Part shown: one piece after another, positions 15,752 to 26,378 of the stretch
Layout: each line of letters opens with the position of its first letter
Position numbering within the stretch: the stretch's first letter is position 1
From: a virus
Lineage: Duplodnaviria; Caudoviricetes
Reading direction: 5' to 3' (one strand)
Length of the DNA: 37,773 nucleotides
IMG/VR virus record: IMGVR_UViG_3300043442_000686
Coordinates: 1 to 37,773 of that record
Notes under the pieces: model-generated
The model's input: the letters and a program-made list of their open reading frames with translations, nothing else
What the model was told of the DNA's origin: nothing
Databases searched by the model: none
Position numbers and translations under genes: made by a program

Positions 15752-18700
15752 TTACTTTTCCTCCTTTTCGGATTGTTTCTGGCCGTAGAACTTAGCGTAG
15801 GGGCGTAGTTTCTTGATACTATCAGGTGTTTGGCCCCTGAGAAGCTCAGCGGCTAATTTCGGGTTGGTTTGCGCTTCAACAAGGATGTTCAAGGCAACTT
15901 TAGACGGGTCTCCTTTTGAAGCGAATCGAAGCAGAGACGAAACAGCGGTGAAGAACCTTGCCCCAGCTCCGACTTTCTCATCAAGACCAGCAGCGATGCG
16001 TTGCAGCGCCCCAAGTGAGTTGTTCTTGTTTATGTCGGAGAGATTGCTGCCAATCGCGGTTCTGAGAGCTGTCTGTGATTGGCCTTGGGTCGTTCTTGTC
16101 GGACGAGCGAGCAGTTCGTACTGCTTGCGAATGATGTCCAAAGCTTTCATCTCCTTGGAATCCTTGCCGTACACCTTCTCCAGTACGGCTCGCTCTCTCA
16201 ATCCCTCAATAAGGAAGTCGTTCAGCTTTCCGAAAAGGGCAGCAAACTCGTCTGGCTTTACCGGCTCCGCTTTGTTGAGCGTTGTCTCAACCTGTGAATT
16301 GCTCCGCAGATTTTCATTGAGATAGCTGCTAAGCGCATTCTTGAACCCTTCTTCAGCCTGCTTGTTGCCACGCAGAGTCGCCATGATTTCAGAGGTCATT
16401 CCAACAGGGTCGTCGGACTTGAAAATGTTGGTGAAAGCCATTTTAGCGTCCTTGCCGAGAATCTTGTTCACAGCCATGCCTTGGATGCGCTCCTGCTCGT
16501 TCCTAAACGCTTCCTTGGCCTGTTGCCTCTTCTCTTTTTCAATAACCGTTTCGCGCTGTTTTGCGTCGACCTTTTTTTCAGTAAGTTCAGCTTTTGCCTC
16601 GGCGGCAAGTTCACGGGCAAGTGTTTTCTCTTGCTGCGCACGCTCAACGCCAGCTTCCGCTGTACGGATGTCCGATTGAGCTTTATCGACAGCCGCCCTT
16701 GCAGATGGGAACACTCTGGAAAAATCTCTGGCATCCCCTTTCATGGCCCAGTTTTCCATGCTCTTGACAGTCGGCGCAGACTCAACTTTTTGAGAGAACA
16801 TATCGACAAACCAGTTATCGATAGCCTGCTGCGCGGCAGGGTCTCCTTTGATCGACTCCTTAAGCTGTATTAAGGATTCAAGGTCGGACGTGTACGCGTC
16901 GATTGTTTTGCTTGGTGGCGTCTTTTTGTCGCCTCGTCCATAAATAACACCCCAAGCAGGACCATCGAAATACTTGCGTGCGTATTCAAAATACAGCTTG
17001 TTGGCCCTTGCAAACAGAGGAGAAGCGTTACCGGCAGTTTCTAGGTCTGCCTTAAGCGAATCTTTCACCATCCCCAGCCATTTTTGATAGGCGATATTTT
17101 TGGTGTCTGAAAGTTCTCCAGAAATGCTCCGGTAATCAGAATCAATGTCCTCAACCCTGTTGACCTTATTTTTGTCTGGATTCTCAATCAGATCTTCAAT
17201 CATCTTTGAGATGTGCTCTGGAATATTTCCACGCTCTCCAGCCTGCTTCTGAACCTTTTTTAGTGCCTCGATGGTGTTCGCGTAGTCAACGACAAGATCA
17301 CCGGTCTCCTGGCGAGCTTTTGCATATGCCTCATCGTGCAGTGCCTTTTCCTCCTTAGCGTTCCTCAGCAGCACCTGTTCAACGGTTATGCTTTGGTCCG
17401 ACCGAGACCGGCTTTTCTGCGCTTGAGCAAACTGCTGACCAGCCTGCTTTAGACGCGCCGCGCTGGCTTCAAGAGCAGCATCAGCGGCAATCGCTCCCTG
17501 CTTGGCTGCATTAAAGTTGTTTCTGGACTCGGCGAGAGCATCGTTTAAGGCACTTACCGCTTCGCGGTTGCCTTTTTCAATGGCGCTGTCTCTGGCGGCT
17601 TCAGCAGCTCTGATAAGCTTGTCGTGTTGGGCTTGGATAACGCCTTGAGCGGCCTCAATACCGGCGCCTCCCTGCGGCTGGAGCGTTGCGCCCAAATCAG
17701 AAGCAACCGCTTCGCGTGTTTGCTGGCGGATGCTGCGCAGTCCAGCATTCGTTGTTGCCAAGGCTTCCTGCAACCCAAGCAGCCCTTCGTTGCCTGAAAT
17801 CTCACCGGCGAAGAACGTCGCCCCTGGGGACGTTGGGATACCCTGCTCGATTGCAGTCGCGGCCAGTTCCGCTGGTGCCTTACCGCCGGCAAACTCCTGC
17901 ATCGTTTGCTCGGCACTTCTTCTTCCAGCAAGCTCGGTGCGTTGTTTGCGCGGCATCATCATTGCCGTTCCCAACTTTGTTGGGCGAGTGATAGCGCCCA
18001 TGATGGCTCCTTCAGCCATCTCCTGAGCCGTTGGAAGCCTGCCTTCCATGCCTGCCGCCGCAAACGATGCTCCAGCCCCAATAGCGCCTTCTCTAAGGGC
18101 CATATTACGTGCGGCTGCGACAGCGGCTTGAGAACCCATGCCGGCTATTGCGCCGATGCGAGAAGGCGATGGGACGCCGGTGGCAAGACCTGGCGCAAAC
18201 TCACCAGCCGCTCTCGCGTACCGCGTTGCAGCAGCAGCTTCGTCAAACCGGCGTTGAGCCAAGTCCGCCTCGCTTGGCGGAAGTATTGACTGTTGAAGCT
18301 CTGCACCGAGCTTTGCGCCAGCCACTCCACCAGCAATGCCAACAACTGGATTCGCAGTCATTGTTCCGGCAGCAAACCCACCCAAAGCTCCACCAATTGT
18401 TGGAACAATCTGTTCGGTAGCACCGCGGGCCGCAGCCCCCAGCACACTTGGCTCCATCTCCTGCTTGTACTTCTCCCACGCGCCGGCAAGCGTCGGTGAC
18501 TGCTGCGGGTCGAAGGATGAGTTTAGGTCGATGGCGCCCTGAGAGACGAGTTGGTTGAAGTAGTCCCTTGTTGACCTTGTTTTTGCCGATTCCTTGAATG
18601 CGGCGACCTCAGCCTGAGTAGGCGCCTCACCGGTCTGAGCCTGCCTGAGTTCAGCGATGAGTTCCGGTGGTACGCCTCGGTTAAGGCTGGCTTCTTCACG

Positions 18701-18892
18701 GGCCTGCCTGCCCATGAACGGCTGCGGTTGAAGCTCCCCTGGGGGTTGCTCGAAAGGCGACTCAGCACCTTGAGTTGGTTGTTTTTGAGGAACAACGTCC
18801 TTAAGTTTTTCGTAAATGCTTGGAATCTCTTCAGGAGAGTTGGCCTGAACGTCAACCTTGTTCCCGTTAATCTCGATACGGTAAGTTGGCAT
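15752..18892 (-). CDS. Large internal virion/ejection (DNA transfer) protein
   Basis: 1046 aa, helical, Ala/Gln/Lys-rich, with GxxxG-rich hydrophobic segments. Third gene of the P22 gp7/20/16-like block by synteny. Confidence 0.7.
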   Translation of the reverse strand: MPTYRIEINGNKVDVQANSPEEIPSIYEKLKDVVPQKQPTQGAESPFEQPPGELQPQPFMGRQAREEASLNRGVPPELIAELRQAQTGEAPTQAEVAAFKESAKTRSTRDYFNQLVSQGAIDLNSSFDPQQSPTLAGAWEKYKQEMEPSVLGAAARGATEQIVPTIGGALGGFAAGTMTANPVVGIAGGVAGAKLGAELQQSILPPSEADLAQRRFDEAAAATRYARAAGEFAPGLATGVPSPSRIGAIAGMGSQAAVAAARNMALREGAIGAGASFAAAGMEGRLPTAQEMAEGAIMGAITRPTKLGTAMMMPRKQRTELAGRRSAEQTMQEFAGGKAPAELAATAIEQGIPTSPGATFFAGEISGNEGLLGLQEALATTNAGLRSIRQQTREAVASDLGATLQPQGGAGIEAAQGVIQAQHDKLIRAAEAARDSAIEKGNREAVSALNDALAESRNNFNAAKQGAIAADAALEASAARLKQAGQQFAQAQKSRSRSDQSITVEQVLLRNAKEEKALHDEAYAKARQETGDLVVDYANTIEALKKVQKQAGERGNIPEHISKMIEDLIENPDKNKVNRVEDIDSDYRSISGELSDTKNIAYQKWLGMVKDSLKADLETAGNASPLFARANKLYFEYARKYFDGPAWGVIYGRGDKKTPPSKTIDAYTSDLESLIQLKESIKGDPAAQQAIDNWFVDMFSQKVESAPTVKSMENWAMKGDARDFSRVFPSARAAVDKAQSDIRTAEAGVERAQQEKTLARELAAEAKAELTEKKVDAKQRETVIEKEKRQQAKEAFRNEQERIQGMAVNKILGKDAKMAFTNIFKSDDPVGMTSEIMATLRGNKQAEEGFKNALSSYLNENLRSNSQVETTLNKAEPVKPDEFAALFGKLNDFLIEGLRERAVLEKVYGKDSKEMKALDIIRKQYELLARPTRTTQGQSQTALRTAIGSNLSDINKNNSLGALQRIAAGLDEKVGAGARFFTAVSSLLRFASKGDPSKVALNILVEAQTNPKLAAELLRGQTPDSIKKLRPYAKFYGQKQSEKEEK

Positions 18893-20460
18893 TATTCAAC
18901 AATTTGAAATTTTATCCCGTTGATTTCCTGCATTTTGCCAGGCTTTCCAAAATCAGGAGGCGGCCCTTTCTGAACCTCCCTTGAAGCTCTGGCTCGCTCT
19001 GCGTCATTCTGCGCATCAATGGAGTCTGCACCGTAGAACTTCTTCTTACCCAAATCAGCAGCAAGTCGTTTCCTGAACTCAGAGAAGGTCTCGCCTTTAT
19101 TCACATTCAGGTCACCGATTGACGCTTCCTGCTTTGCAACACCAAGTGTTCCGAACTTTGATATCCAGTCCGATTTTGCTTCTTCGTATTTCGACGCCCT
19201 TGCGGCTCCATTTGACAGGGCAGTTAGGTATTCGATGAGCTTGTTTGGGTCTCCGTATACACTTGGAACGGATTCAAGTGCTGTCCTTGTTTCTCGATCC
19301 GAAATGGCTCCAGAAGTAACCTTCTTAAATCTTGCAAGCGCATCTTCTTTAACTAACGCCTGTGTTGCTTGTATTGCAGCAGAAACATCATCTTGCGTTC
19401 CAAATATACCCTTTGCGCCCTCCTTGATTCTCGCCCCTAATCCACCGCCAAGTCTTTGGCGTAAGTTTTCAAGGGATTTTGCGATTGAGTTGGCCTTGTC
19501 AGATAAATCAGCAAATGTCGCTGAGTTGTCAGCGCCTTCATTCACAATCTTCTGAAGACCCATTGGAAGTTCTTTAACGTCCACTCCTCCAGCCATCTTC
19601 TGCTTTCTCTCAGCGCTCTTTTGTTCAGACTCACTAAACTTGAACGCACTATCTGCCAATTCACGGAACTGCTTGGCAGCTTGTGGGTCTACCGAGTTTG
19701 CTAAAGATTCGATGTCAAGAAACCAAGATGTTTTATCGAGAAGACCTTGCTTATCAGCATTCTTCGCATCTTTTAGCTTCTCTTGAAGCATACCGCCTAA
19801 CTCTTGTGTCTGAGGATTTCCAGACAATGCAGTTGCGTAGTCCTCAAGCTTCTTGAGTGCAGTCTGGTTGTCTCCTTTAAGACCAGCAGCCCCAATGCTC
19901 ATCACTTCTTTTACGAAGCTGGTTTTGATTGGATCAGAGGAAGCAGCAAACACTTTCTGGAACATTTGTGATCGCTCAGGCGCAAGCATGAAGGATGTTG
20001 ATAAGGCATCCCTCATTGTCTGAACGTCTTCTTCGCTCTTTGGGCCTCCCTGTTGAATAATTGGCCCAACTCTCGAAGCCATGTTTGCCTGCGCTACCTC
20101 TGGGAACTTGGCAGTAAACCCTGGGCTTGCAAACGGAAGAAGCCTCGCGATTTCGGATGGGCTTTTGCCTTCAGAAAGCGCAATGGCAAGGTCCCTGTCT
20201 GCTTTTTGCTGGGCCGTATAGTCCTGAAACTTTGACGCCTCTCTGGTTGCCGCTGCCTCGCTCTGCTCCATCTGCTGGCGTCGCGATCTCACGCCAAGCT
20301 CAGCTTCCTGAAGCTGGAGAGGGGCTAGCTGTCTTGCAAGTTCCTGCTGTGCGCGTGCGGACCTGATGCCCTCGATGGCTTGCAAGCCTTGAAAGAACCC
20401 GCCGCCAAACATATTGGTGTTTGGCTGAGGAATTGGGATGGTGTAGTTGAACTCGGCCAT
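18892..20460 (-). CDS. Internal virion/ejection protein
   Basis: 522 aa helical protein, syntenic with P22 gp20. Confidence 0.65.
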   Translation of the reverse strand: MAEFNYTIPIPQPNTNMFGGGFFQGLQAIEGIRSARAQQELARQLAPLQLQEAELGVRSRRQQMEQSEAAATREASKFQDYTAQQKADRDLAIALSEGKSPSEIARLLPFASPGFTAKFPEVAQANMASRVGPIIQQGGPKSEEDVQTMRDALSTSFMLAPERSQMFQKVFAASSDPIKTSFVKEVMSIGAAGLKGDNQTALKKLEDYATALSGNPQTQELGGMLQEKLKDAKNADKQGLLDKTSWFLDIESLANSVDPQAAKQFRELADSAFKFSESEQKSAERKQKMAGGVDVKELPMGLQKIVNEGADNSATFADLSDKANSIAKSLENLRQRLGGGLGARIKEGAKGIFGTQDDVSAAIQATQALVKEDALARFKKVTSGAISDRETRTALESVPSVYGDPNKLIEYLTALSNGAARASKYEEAKSDWISKFGTLGVAKQEASIGDLNVNKGETFSEFRKRLAADLGKKKFYGADSIDAQNDAERARASREVQKGPPPDFGKPGKMQEINGIKFQIVE

Positions 20461-20484
20461 AATGTTACACGTTGGCTGTCATTG

Positions 20485-21633
20485 TCATACTGGAAGCGCC
20501 TCTGGAACAGCCGAAGCATACCCTATTCCTCCATAGCCGCCCCCACCTCCGCCAACCCCACCTCCGCCAGTCCCAAGCATATTCAGTAAAGCATAGTTCT
20601 GAAGACCGCCGCCAATCGCGTTTGCAAACCCACTTACACCAGCAGCCTGCCCTGCGGCAGCTCCTTGTATGCCGGCTGCCTGCGCACCTGCCTGTCCAAC
20701 CATCAGATTAGCCATTGCATTCCCTGATTGAAGAGCGCCAGCGCCAACACCTGCCGCTGATGCCTGTCCAACATTAAGAAGATTCTGAGCAGCGGTTTGT
20801 CCCACATTGGTAAGACCGCCAAGACGGGCGTATGTCTGGTCAATGAGTTGGTTCAGAAGCTGTGGACGATACCGTGCAAGCGCACTCTGCGTGTCCTCGG
20901 CGCCTCGCCTACCGGTGGCAGAGGCGTTCGCAAGCAGAGCAGCCTCGCCTTGACGAGCGAGCTCTTGGAACAGTGGCCCCTGCTCGATTTGCTGGATGGC
21001 TTGGCGCTGCTGCTCCATGCCCATTTGCTCGTACTGCTTGTCCTCAAGAATCGGCTTAAACAGCGCCTGTTGCTGATTGTACCCTTCTGTCTCTATGTCT
21101 CGAATACCTTTGTCGGTAGCTAACTGAAACTTGGCAATCAGGTCTTCACGGGCTTGCTTGATTGCTGTTTTTCCCTTTTGTCCCTCTGCAAGAGTCGGAT
21201 TTCTGTACTCGGTTGATTTCTTTAGAGCCGCAAGCTCACGCTCTCTATTCCTTTCGTACTCTTTGATGTTCTTGTCAGTAATGTCAGAAAGCTGTGTGTA
21301 CTCAGGTTGCTTGTAGACATTTAGCAAAGCCTGTTGACGCGCCCCTTCTCCCCCAAGGCCAACAAGGCGCTGCATCTGCTGAATAGCGCCTGGACCTGCC
21401 GCAATATACGGCTGCGTTAAATCAGGACGCCCAGCAGAAATGTAAGGGGCAAGTATTTGCCGCATTACATCAAACTGACGCGCCTGTTCACGTTGAGCAG
21501 CACTGTATCCTTTCTGCTGCGCTTCCGCAGCAGCTCTTGCCCCCTTTGAAGCCTGTCTTCCAGAATACACAGAGGCTCCTGCGCCTAATGCTCCTGCGCC
21601 AAGAACAGCCCATGAAACAGGATCTAATCCCAT
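20485..21633 (-). CDS. DNA transfer/ejection protein (P22 gp7-like)
   Basis: Gly/Ala-rich N-terminus, QQIEQGPLFQELARQGEAALLANASATG.RG..TQSALARY motif, Gly/Ala-rich C-terminus. Confidence 0.8.
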   Translation of the reverse strand: MGLDPVSWAVLGAGALGAGASVYSGRQASKGARAAAEAQQKGYSAAQREQARQFDVMRQILAPYISAGRPDLTQPYIAAGPGAIQQMQRLVGLGGEGARQQALLNVYKQPEYTQLSDITDKNIKEYERNRERELAALKKSTEYRNPTLAEGQKGKTAIKQAREDLIAKFQLATDKGIRDIETEGYNQQQALFKPILEDKQYEQMGMEQQRQAIQQIEQGPLFQELARQGEAALLANASATGRRGAEDTQSALARYRPQLLNQLIDQTYARLGGLTNVGQTAAQNLLNVGQASAAGVGAGALQSGNAMANLMVGQAGAQAAGIQGAAAGQAAGVSGFANAIGGGLQNYALLNMLGTGGGGVGGGGGGYGGIGYASAVPEALPV

Positions 21634-21636
21634 AAA

Positions 21637-22083
21637 TTAAAGTCTTTTAAGGTAAATCTTCTCTGCAAGTTTATATCCCATCCTTAGAAGAAGCTTCTCA
21701 AGATTAAGGGATGCCGATGAGTGTTGTGTAACAAAAAGCGCACCATCGTTCTTAAGCTGTTCGTCACACCACTTAAGAAACTTGATGCCCGTTGTTCCTT
21801 TTCTGAAGTCCTTGTGAAGAAACAAGGTGTCGTGGGACGCAAAGTTGACACCGTGTTGATGATGTTCGACGAACGCGAATACGTTGTATCCAACCAACCT
21901 TGACTCATGTCGCGCAGTGAAAACACGGAGCAGTCCAAGTTGCTCGAAAGCCCCATACTTATCGTATGGAACCCTTGCAGGAAGATCTGCAATTTCGCCA
22001 GAAACTTCCGCGTGATGAATCCCAATGAGTTCTTCTGCTTCATTGCCAAGTTGCTCGGTAAAGATTTCACGCTGAAACTCCAT
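21637..22083 (-). CDS. GNAT-family acetyltransferase-like protein
   Basis: LVGY..., LFLHKDFRKGTTGIKFL, LLRMGYK. Usual position before podovirus ejection genes. Confidence 0.8.
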   Translation of the reverse strand: MEFQREIFTEQLGNEAEELIGIHHAEVSGEIADLPARVPYDKYGAFEQLGLLRVFTARHESRLVGYNVFAFVEHHQHGVNFASHDTLFLHKDFRKGTTGIKFLKWCDEQLKNDGALFVTQHSSASLNLEKLLLRMGYKLAEKIYLKRL

Positions 22084-22085
22084 CT

Positions 22086-22421
22086 CTAGGTCACTTCCCT
22101 CCCAGAAGCCATGATAGTAAGCGAGGTCGCTGCGCTGGCGGTCGTTGAGATGATTCCACCGGACTCAAGAACCTGCCCGACAAGCTCTGGGCAGGTGTAG
22201 GTCTCATTTGGTACGACGACCTTCGAGGACAAGATGCGGTTGCTGGCAGCAACAGAACCTGAGGGCGTAATCAGGTTCACCGAGATGGACACGTTCGCAG
22301 CCGCCGTGTTGGTCACCGTGAACTTGTCGATGATGCACTTGCAGTTCGACGCCTGATACTGAGCTGTCGCGACAGCCTCAGCCTGCTTGGGCGGGATGAT
22401 GTTTTTGACGGTTACAGCCAT
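22086..22421 (-). CDS. Putative virion structural protein (beta-sandwich)
   Basis: IIDKFTVTN..VPNETYTCPELVGQVL..SGREVT, located in the tail block. Confidence 0.7.
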   Translation of the reverse strand: MAVTVKNIIPPKQAEAVATAQYQASNCKCIIDKFTVTNTAAANVSISVNLITPSGSVAASNRILSSKVVVPNETYTCPELVGQVLESGGIISTTASAATSLTIMASGREVT

Positions 22422-22423
22422 TG

Positions 22424-23170
22424 TCAGGAGATGTTGTTGGTCACGCTAAGGATTGCGGATGGTATTCCGGGCACCGGTGGGGCTGCGGCAAAGGCTTGAA
22501 TGGTAATGTCCACCGTGTCAACGGCCCACATCAACTCCAAGTAATCTCCCGCAGTCATCTTATACACGAAGTTCCACGCTGCAACACTTTCTGCGTTGTT
22601 GCCTTGGATTCGTATCTGAGTGGCTGAGTTGGCTTGGTCAACGCCGTTGATCCGCGCCCACAAGTAGAACAAGCCAACGCCACCAGAAACCTTGTCCAGT
22701 TGCAGCGAGAACTGGAAGTTGTACACCCCCTCAGAATCAACGTAGATGCGGCTTGCCGGCGTCCCAATGCTCACGCCGAAGCTGAGGTCAGTTGAGTTGA
22801 ACGTGACGCCGTATGCCGTGTTTATGGCCGCTGCGTTCTGCGTTGTGGTGTCGTAGAAGGTGCCGTACCTCGGGTTCTTCTGCTGCTCTACCGGTGGCGC
22901 CTGCGAGAGCAGAGCTACCTGCTGGGCCAGTTCAGCAATCTGGTTAGCCTGCTGAGTAGGCGCTGTAGAAGCGAGCTCGATGACGCTGCGAAGGGCTTCA
23001 ACCGTGTCAAGCGCCTGCTGTGCAGACGTCTGAGAGTTATACGAGTCAATGGTGTTGGCGTCGATGCTGGCTGGGACGTACTCGAAGAGTTGCTCGAAGG
23101 CGCGGATGAGACGCTGGTCGGGCAGGAACTTGGCAAGGTCATTCCGGTTTGGCTTGATGGAGTTGGCCAT
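22424..23170 (-). CDS. Putative tail needle/accessory protein (coiled coil plus C1q/BclA-like C-domain)
   Basis: Follows the gp10-like gene. Coiled-coil N-half, with GVYNFQFSLQ..AGDYLELMW in the C-half. Confidence 0.6.
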   Translation of the reverse strand: MANSIKPNRNDLAKFLPDQRLIRAFEQLFEYVPASIDANTIDSYNSQTSAQQALDTVEALRSVIELASTAPTQQANQIAELAQQVALLSQAPPVEQQKNPRYGTFYDTTTQNAAAINTAYGVTFNSTDLSFGVSIGTPASRIYVDSEGVYNFQFSLQLDKVSGGVGLFYLWARINGVDQANSATQIRIQGNNAESVAAWNFVYKMTAGDYLELMWAVDTVDITIQAFAAAPPVPGIPSAILSVTNNIS

Positions 23171-24574
23171 TTACCACACAAGCGGCTCAAGCCGCGCCTC
23201 CAAACGGGCCATTGACAAGTGCGCGTCGCTCGTCCCGCGAAAGCGATACGTTCTCCAGTCTCCCATGCGACCGTTGCGCATCCACGTCAGGCGCTTGTTG
23301 CGGTCTCCAGTCTTACCGGCGCTGATGCCGCGCTCTTGCGAGTAGGTGATGCCATCAGTTGAGTAACTCGCGAAGATGGTCGGGTTTATGCCAATGGCCA
23401 CGCGCCCAGGCAGGGCGACGAGCTCCAGTTCATGGAAGATGGCGCCTTTGCCTTCGTTGTAGAAGATTTGCGTCTCGAACTGCCAACCGATGCGCTCCCC
23501 CCAGAGCGAGGAGATGTCTTGAACCGCGTAGCCGAGATTGGGTGCCGAGGTGTCCCCGCAAATCCACTTGTCGTAGGCGTGGATGAAGTTGCGTGCGCGG
23601 TAGCTGCTGTTGCCGTAGAGACCGTCAGCCAGCGTGAACCAGATGGCTTGGCCGGCGACCTGCGAGATCGCGCCGTCGTAGACTAGCGTGTGGTCCGGAA
23701 GATGGATGTAGAGGTGGTTAAGTCCGTTGTACAGACGTGTTTCACAGATAGTCGTAGCCAGAGCAGCTTCAGAGTAAGTTGCCAGAATCTGGTCAATCTC
23801 CCGTGTAGCGATTTTGACGGTGTTGGCTCCGGACGCCAGCCATACCGATGGCGCCTCGTTGCGTCCGCCTCCGACGAAAGCCACAGAATCCAGATATACG
23901 CAGCAGGAGTACGTTCCGATTCCACCCCGTTGAATCTGGGCTCCTTCGATGCGAGCGAACGGGAAGGATAAGATGTCTCCACCGACGTTGTTGAAGAGCT
24001 CAATGGTATGTCGGTTAATCGCATAGACCTCGTTCCGGAACTTCTGAATCGAGATGATGGGGTCTGGATCGGCTTCGGATGTCGCCTTGGCCTGAACGAT
24101 GGTCGGGTTGACCAAGTTCGTCGTGGCGATGAAGAACCCGTCCGTCAGAAAGAAGTACCCATCCACCCAGCAGAAGTCGATGATTGGACCCATTGATGGG
24201 TCAGGCGTGAGGCTGGTGAGCGTTGATCCGTCCCAGTAGTACAGCGTTCCGCTGGAAAGAATCGCCAGCAGCGTCTCCGAGTAGTCAAGGGTTACCTGAC
24301 CGGTGCCCCCAACATCCGCGAGCACCACCACGTTCCCAAGCGAACTCACCGAGACGAGCTTCGTGCCCATCACGCGGTAGAGCACGTTGTTCCACTCAAT
24401 GCCGCCACGGTCGAGTCCCGGGCCTACCGCGAACTGCTTAATCCCGTCAGCCGGTCTCAGGTAGCCCTCGCTCAAGCCAGATGGCTGAACGACGGGCACC
24501 AAGTTGCGCGGGTAGCTGCGGCGGAAGTCGCCGGCCCCGTCCGTGTAGATACCGCTGAGCAGTGGTACTTGCAT
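23171..24574 (-). CDS. Packaged-DNA stabilization/tail hub protein (P22 gp10-like)
   Basis: PRNLVPV..GYLRPADG, DRGGIEWN..LYRVMG.KL, SEADPD motifs, and synteny. Confidence 0.88.
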   Translation of the reverse strand: MQVPLLSGIYTDGAGDFRRSYPRNLVPVVQPSGLSEGYLRPADGIKQFAVGPGLDRGGIEWNNVLYRVMGTKLVSVSSLGNVVVLADVGGTGQVTLDYSETLLAILSSGTLYYWDGSTLTSLTPDPSMGPIIDFCWVDGYFFLTDGFFIATTNLVNPTIVQAKATSEADPDPIISIQKFRNEVYAINRHTIELFNNVGGDILSFPFARIEGAQIQRGGIGTYSCCVYLDSVAFVGGGRNEAPSVWLASGANTVKIATREIDQILATYSEAALATTICETRLYNGLNHLYIHLPDHTLVYDGAISQVAGQAIWFTLADGLYGNSSYRARNFIHAYDKWICGDTSAPNLGYAVQDISSLWGERIGWQFETQIFYNEGKGAIFHELELVALPGRVAIGINPTIFASYSTDGITYSQERGISAGKTGDRNKRLTWMRNGRMGDWRTYRFRGTSDAHLSMARLEARLEPLVW

Positions 24575-24720
24575 TACTTCTTCTTGGCGGTCTTGGCAGA
24601 AGCCTTAAACGCAGCAGCGGTCGGAGCGCCCTTGGAGCCTGGCTTGCGCATCTTCTCCTTGCTACCGGCTTCAATGCGTTCGCGTTTGGCGTGGATGTTG
24701 GCGTATAGTCCTTTTTTCAT
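24574..24720 (-). CDS. Small basic protein (48 aa)
   Basis: Hand translation: MKKGLYANIHAKRERIEAGSKEKMRKPGSKGAPTAAAFKASAKTAKKK. Coupled at both ends. Confidence 0.8.
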   Translation of the reverse strand: MKKGLYANIHAKRERIEAGSKEKMRKPGSKGAPTAAAFKASAKTAKKK

Positions 24721-24989
24721 TTGCAGTTCCAGCGTTTGAGTGAAGCAGCTTTGCGGGTGGGCCGGCCTTTCTCGTCCTTCATTGGCCCAGGCATCCCGCT
24801 CATCCTTGCGCAGAACGACCGCCGACGCGCAGCGTCTTTTTCGGTCTTTGGGTTGGGTGCCGGCGCCTTAAGGTTGCTTCCCGTCTCGCGGTTGTACTTG
24901 GCGCGGCCCTTGGCAGTGAGTCCTGCCCCCTGAGAGACAGGGAGCTTCTCACCGCGGCTGACCGATAGGTTGACTTGCTTCTTAGGCAT
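24717..24989 (-). CDS. Small basic protein (DUF6321-like)
   Basis: GLTAKGRAKYNRETGSNLKAP..RRRSFCARM..SLKRWNC. Start moved to ATG 24989. Confidence 0.75.
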   Translation of the reverse strand: MPKKQVNLSVSRGEKLPVSQGAGLTAKGRAKYNRETGSNLKAPAPNPKTEKDAARRRSFCARMSGMPGPMKDEKGRPTRKAASLKRWNCK

Positions 24990-25164
24990 CTTCAGGAGGA
25001 GGGGCAAAGGTTCCGTCTGGTTGCTCAATCCAGCCCATGCCACATGGGGTATCTGTGACATTAACGAGAGTTGTGCCCTGCGGTGGATTGTAGGGGGTTA
25101 CACCGTCCCAAACAATCATGTTCACTACTACTTTTGTAGCCTCATCAACGACTGCGTATTTCAT
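24982..25164 (-). CDS. Small fibre-associated protein (60 aa)
   Basis: MKYAVV..VVNMIVWDG..GMGW..GTFAPP, the type usually found right after Gly-rich fibres. Confidence 0.75.
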   Translation of the reverse strand: MKYAVVDEATKVVVNMIVWDGVTPYNPPQGTTLVNVTDTPCGMGWIEQPDGTFAPPPEDA

Positions 25165-25167
25165 TGC

Positions 25168-26373
25168 TTAGAAGTAAGTTGTGATAATAGCAAACCCAGC
25201 GCCGCCAGCGCCGCCTGCGCCGCTTGTTGCTCCATCTTCGGTCGCTCCACCACCACCCCCGCCGCCTGCTGGGAACCCACCTGCTCCACCTGCTCCTCCG
25301 CTTCCGCCACCTTTTGCGCCTCCTCCGCCTCCTCCGCCAGAACCAACTGCAAATAGGTTCGATGGAGCAGACAATCCCGCTCCCCCTGCCCCTGCGTTAG
25401 CTGGGCCATTGCTTTGCGCTCCTGCTGCTCCACCAGCTAAATTTAATGCATGAGACCGTCCGCCTGCTCCTCCGGCAGAAGTAACTGATGTGTTGGTAAG
25501 GCCGCCTCCTCCTGCTCCACCAGCACCACCATACGCAGCTAAAACAGTTGCAAGCGAAGGAGTTCCAGCCGCGCCAGTTGAGCCTGTTCCAGAAGCAGAT
25601 CCACCAGGATTCGCTTGCAACCCTCCAGTGCCAGCAGTTCCGTTGGCCTGACCAGCAACTCCTCCCAAAGCAATAAGCGACCCAAAGGTTGTATTGCCTC
25701 CAGCTGTGCCTGCAATTTGACTTCCACCGTTTGTTGTTTGTCCAGCCCCGCCTGAGCCGCCAAGGCCAATAGAAACAGATTCAGTTGCCCCTAAATCTGA
25801 AGCCCTGATGTTTGCATTTAAATAGGAACCTCCACAGCCTCCACCGCCTGCAACGCGGGCGATTGTTGTGTTGTTATTTTTCTGCCCACTCGAACCTCCT
25901 CCGCCTGCGCCGAAGAGTTGAATGTTAACCGATACAGCCCCAGCAGGCTTTGTCCACGTCCCACTGGAAGTAAAAATCTGCACGTCGGTCGGGGTTGCGC
26001 TGCCGCCAGAAGATGCAATGGTGATAGCTCCGTTGCCGTTCGTGATGGTGACATTGCTCCCAGCCGTCAGCGTTGCCTTTGTAAGCCCGCCTGCGGCGTT
26101 GCCGATGAGCAGCTGCCCATTGGAGTAGGTGGTTTCCCCTGTGCCGCCGTTGGCTTCCAAGACCGTTCCGGTTACGTTCGATGCTGTACCGGTGGTGTTC
26201 TGGTTCAGCGTTGGAACGTCAGCAGCTTGGATTGCGCTCATCACCACGTCGGTGCCATTCCCGCGAAGGTACTGGCCGGAGGTCGTTGCGCCAGCGAGAT
26301 TGTCCATTGCTGCCTGCCTTGAAGCAGACTGCATGAAGGAGTCGATGTCAGAGGATACTGTAATGTCAGGCAT
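25168..26373 (-). CDS. Glycine-rich fibre/decoration protein
   Basis: QIFTSSGTWTKPAG..GAGGGG start of a Gly-rich domain, N-terminal ANGGTG fibre motif. Confidence 0.8.
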   Translation of the reverse strand: MPDITVSSDIDSFMQSASRQAAMDNLAGATTSGQYLRGNGTDVVMSAIQAADVPTLNQNTTGTASNVTGTVLEANGGTGETTYSNGQLLIGNAAGGLTKATLTAGSNVTITNGNGAITIASSGGSATPTDVQIFTSSGTWTKPAGAVSVNIQLFGAGGGGSSGQKNNNTTIARVAGGGGCGGSYLNANIRASDLGATESVSIGLGGSGGAGQTTNGGSQIAGTAGGNTTFGSLIALGGVAGQANGTAGTGGLQANPGGSASGTGSTGAAGTPSLATVLAAYGGAGGAGGGGLTNTSVTSAGGAGGRSHALNLAGGAAGAQSNGPANAGAGGAGLSAPSNLFAVGSGGGGGGGAKGGGSGGAGGAGGFPAGGGGGGGATEDGATSGAGGAGGAGFAIITTYF

Positions 26374-26378
26374 ATGCT

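Noticed and set aside
25168-25900. GCC/CCT-rich low-complexity repeats
   Set aside because: Simply encode the Gly/Ala-rich fibre domain
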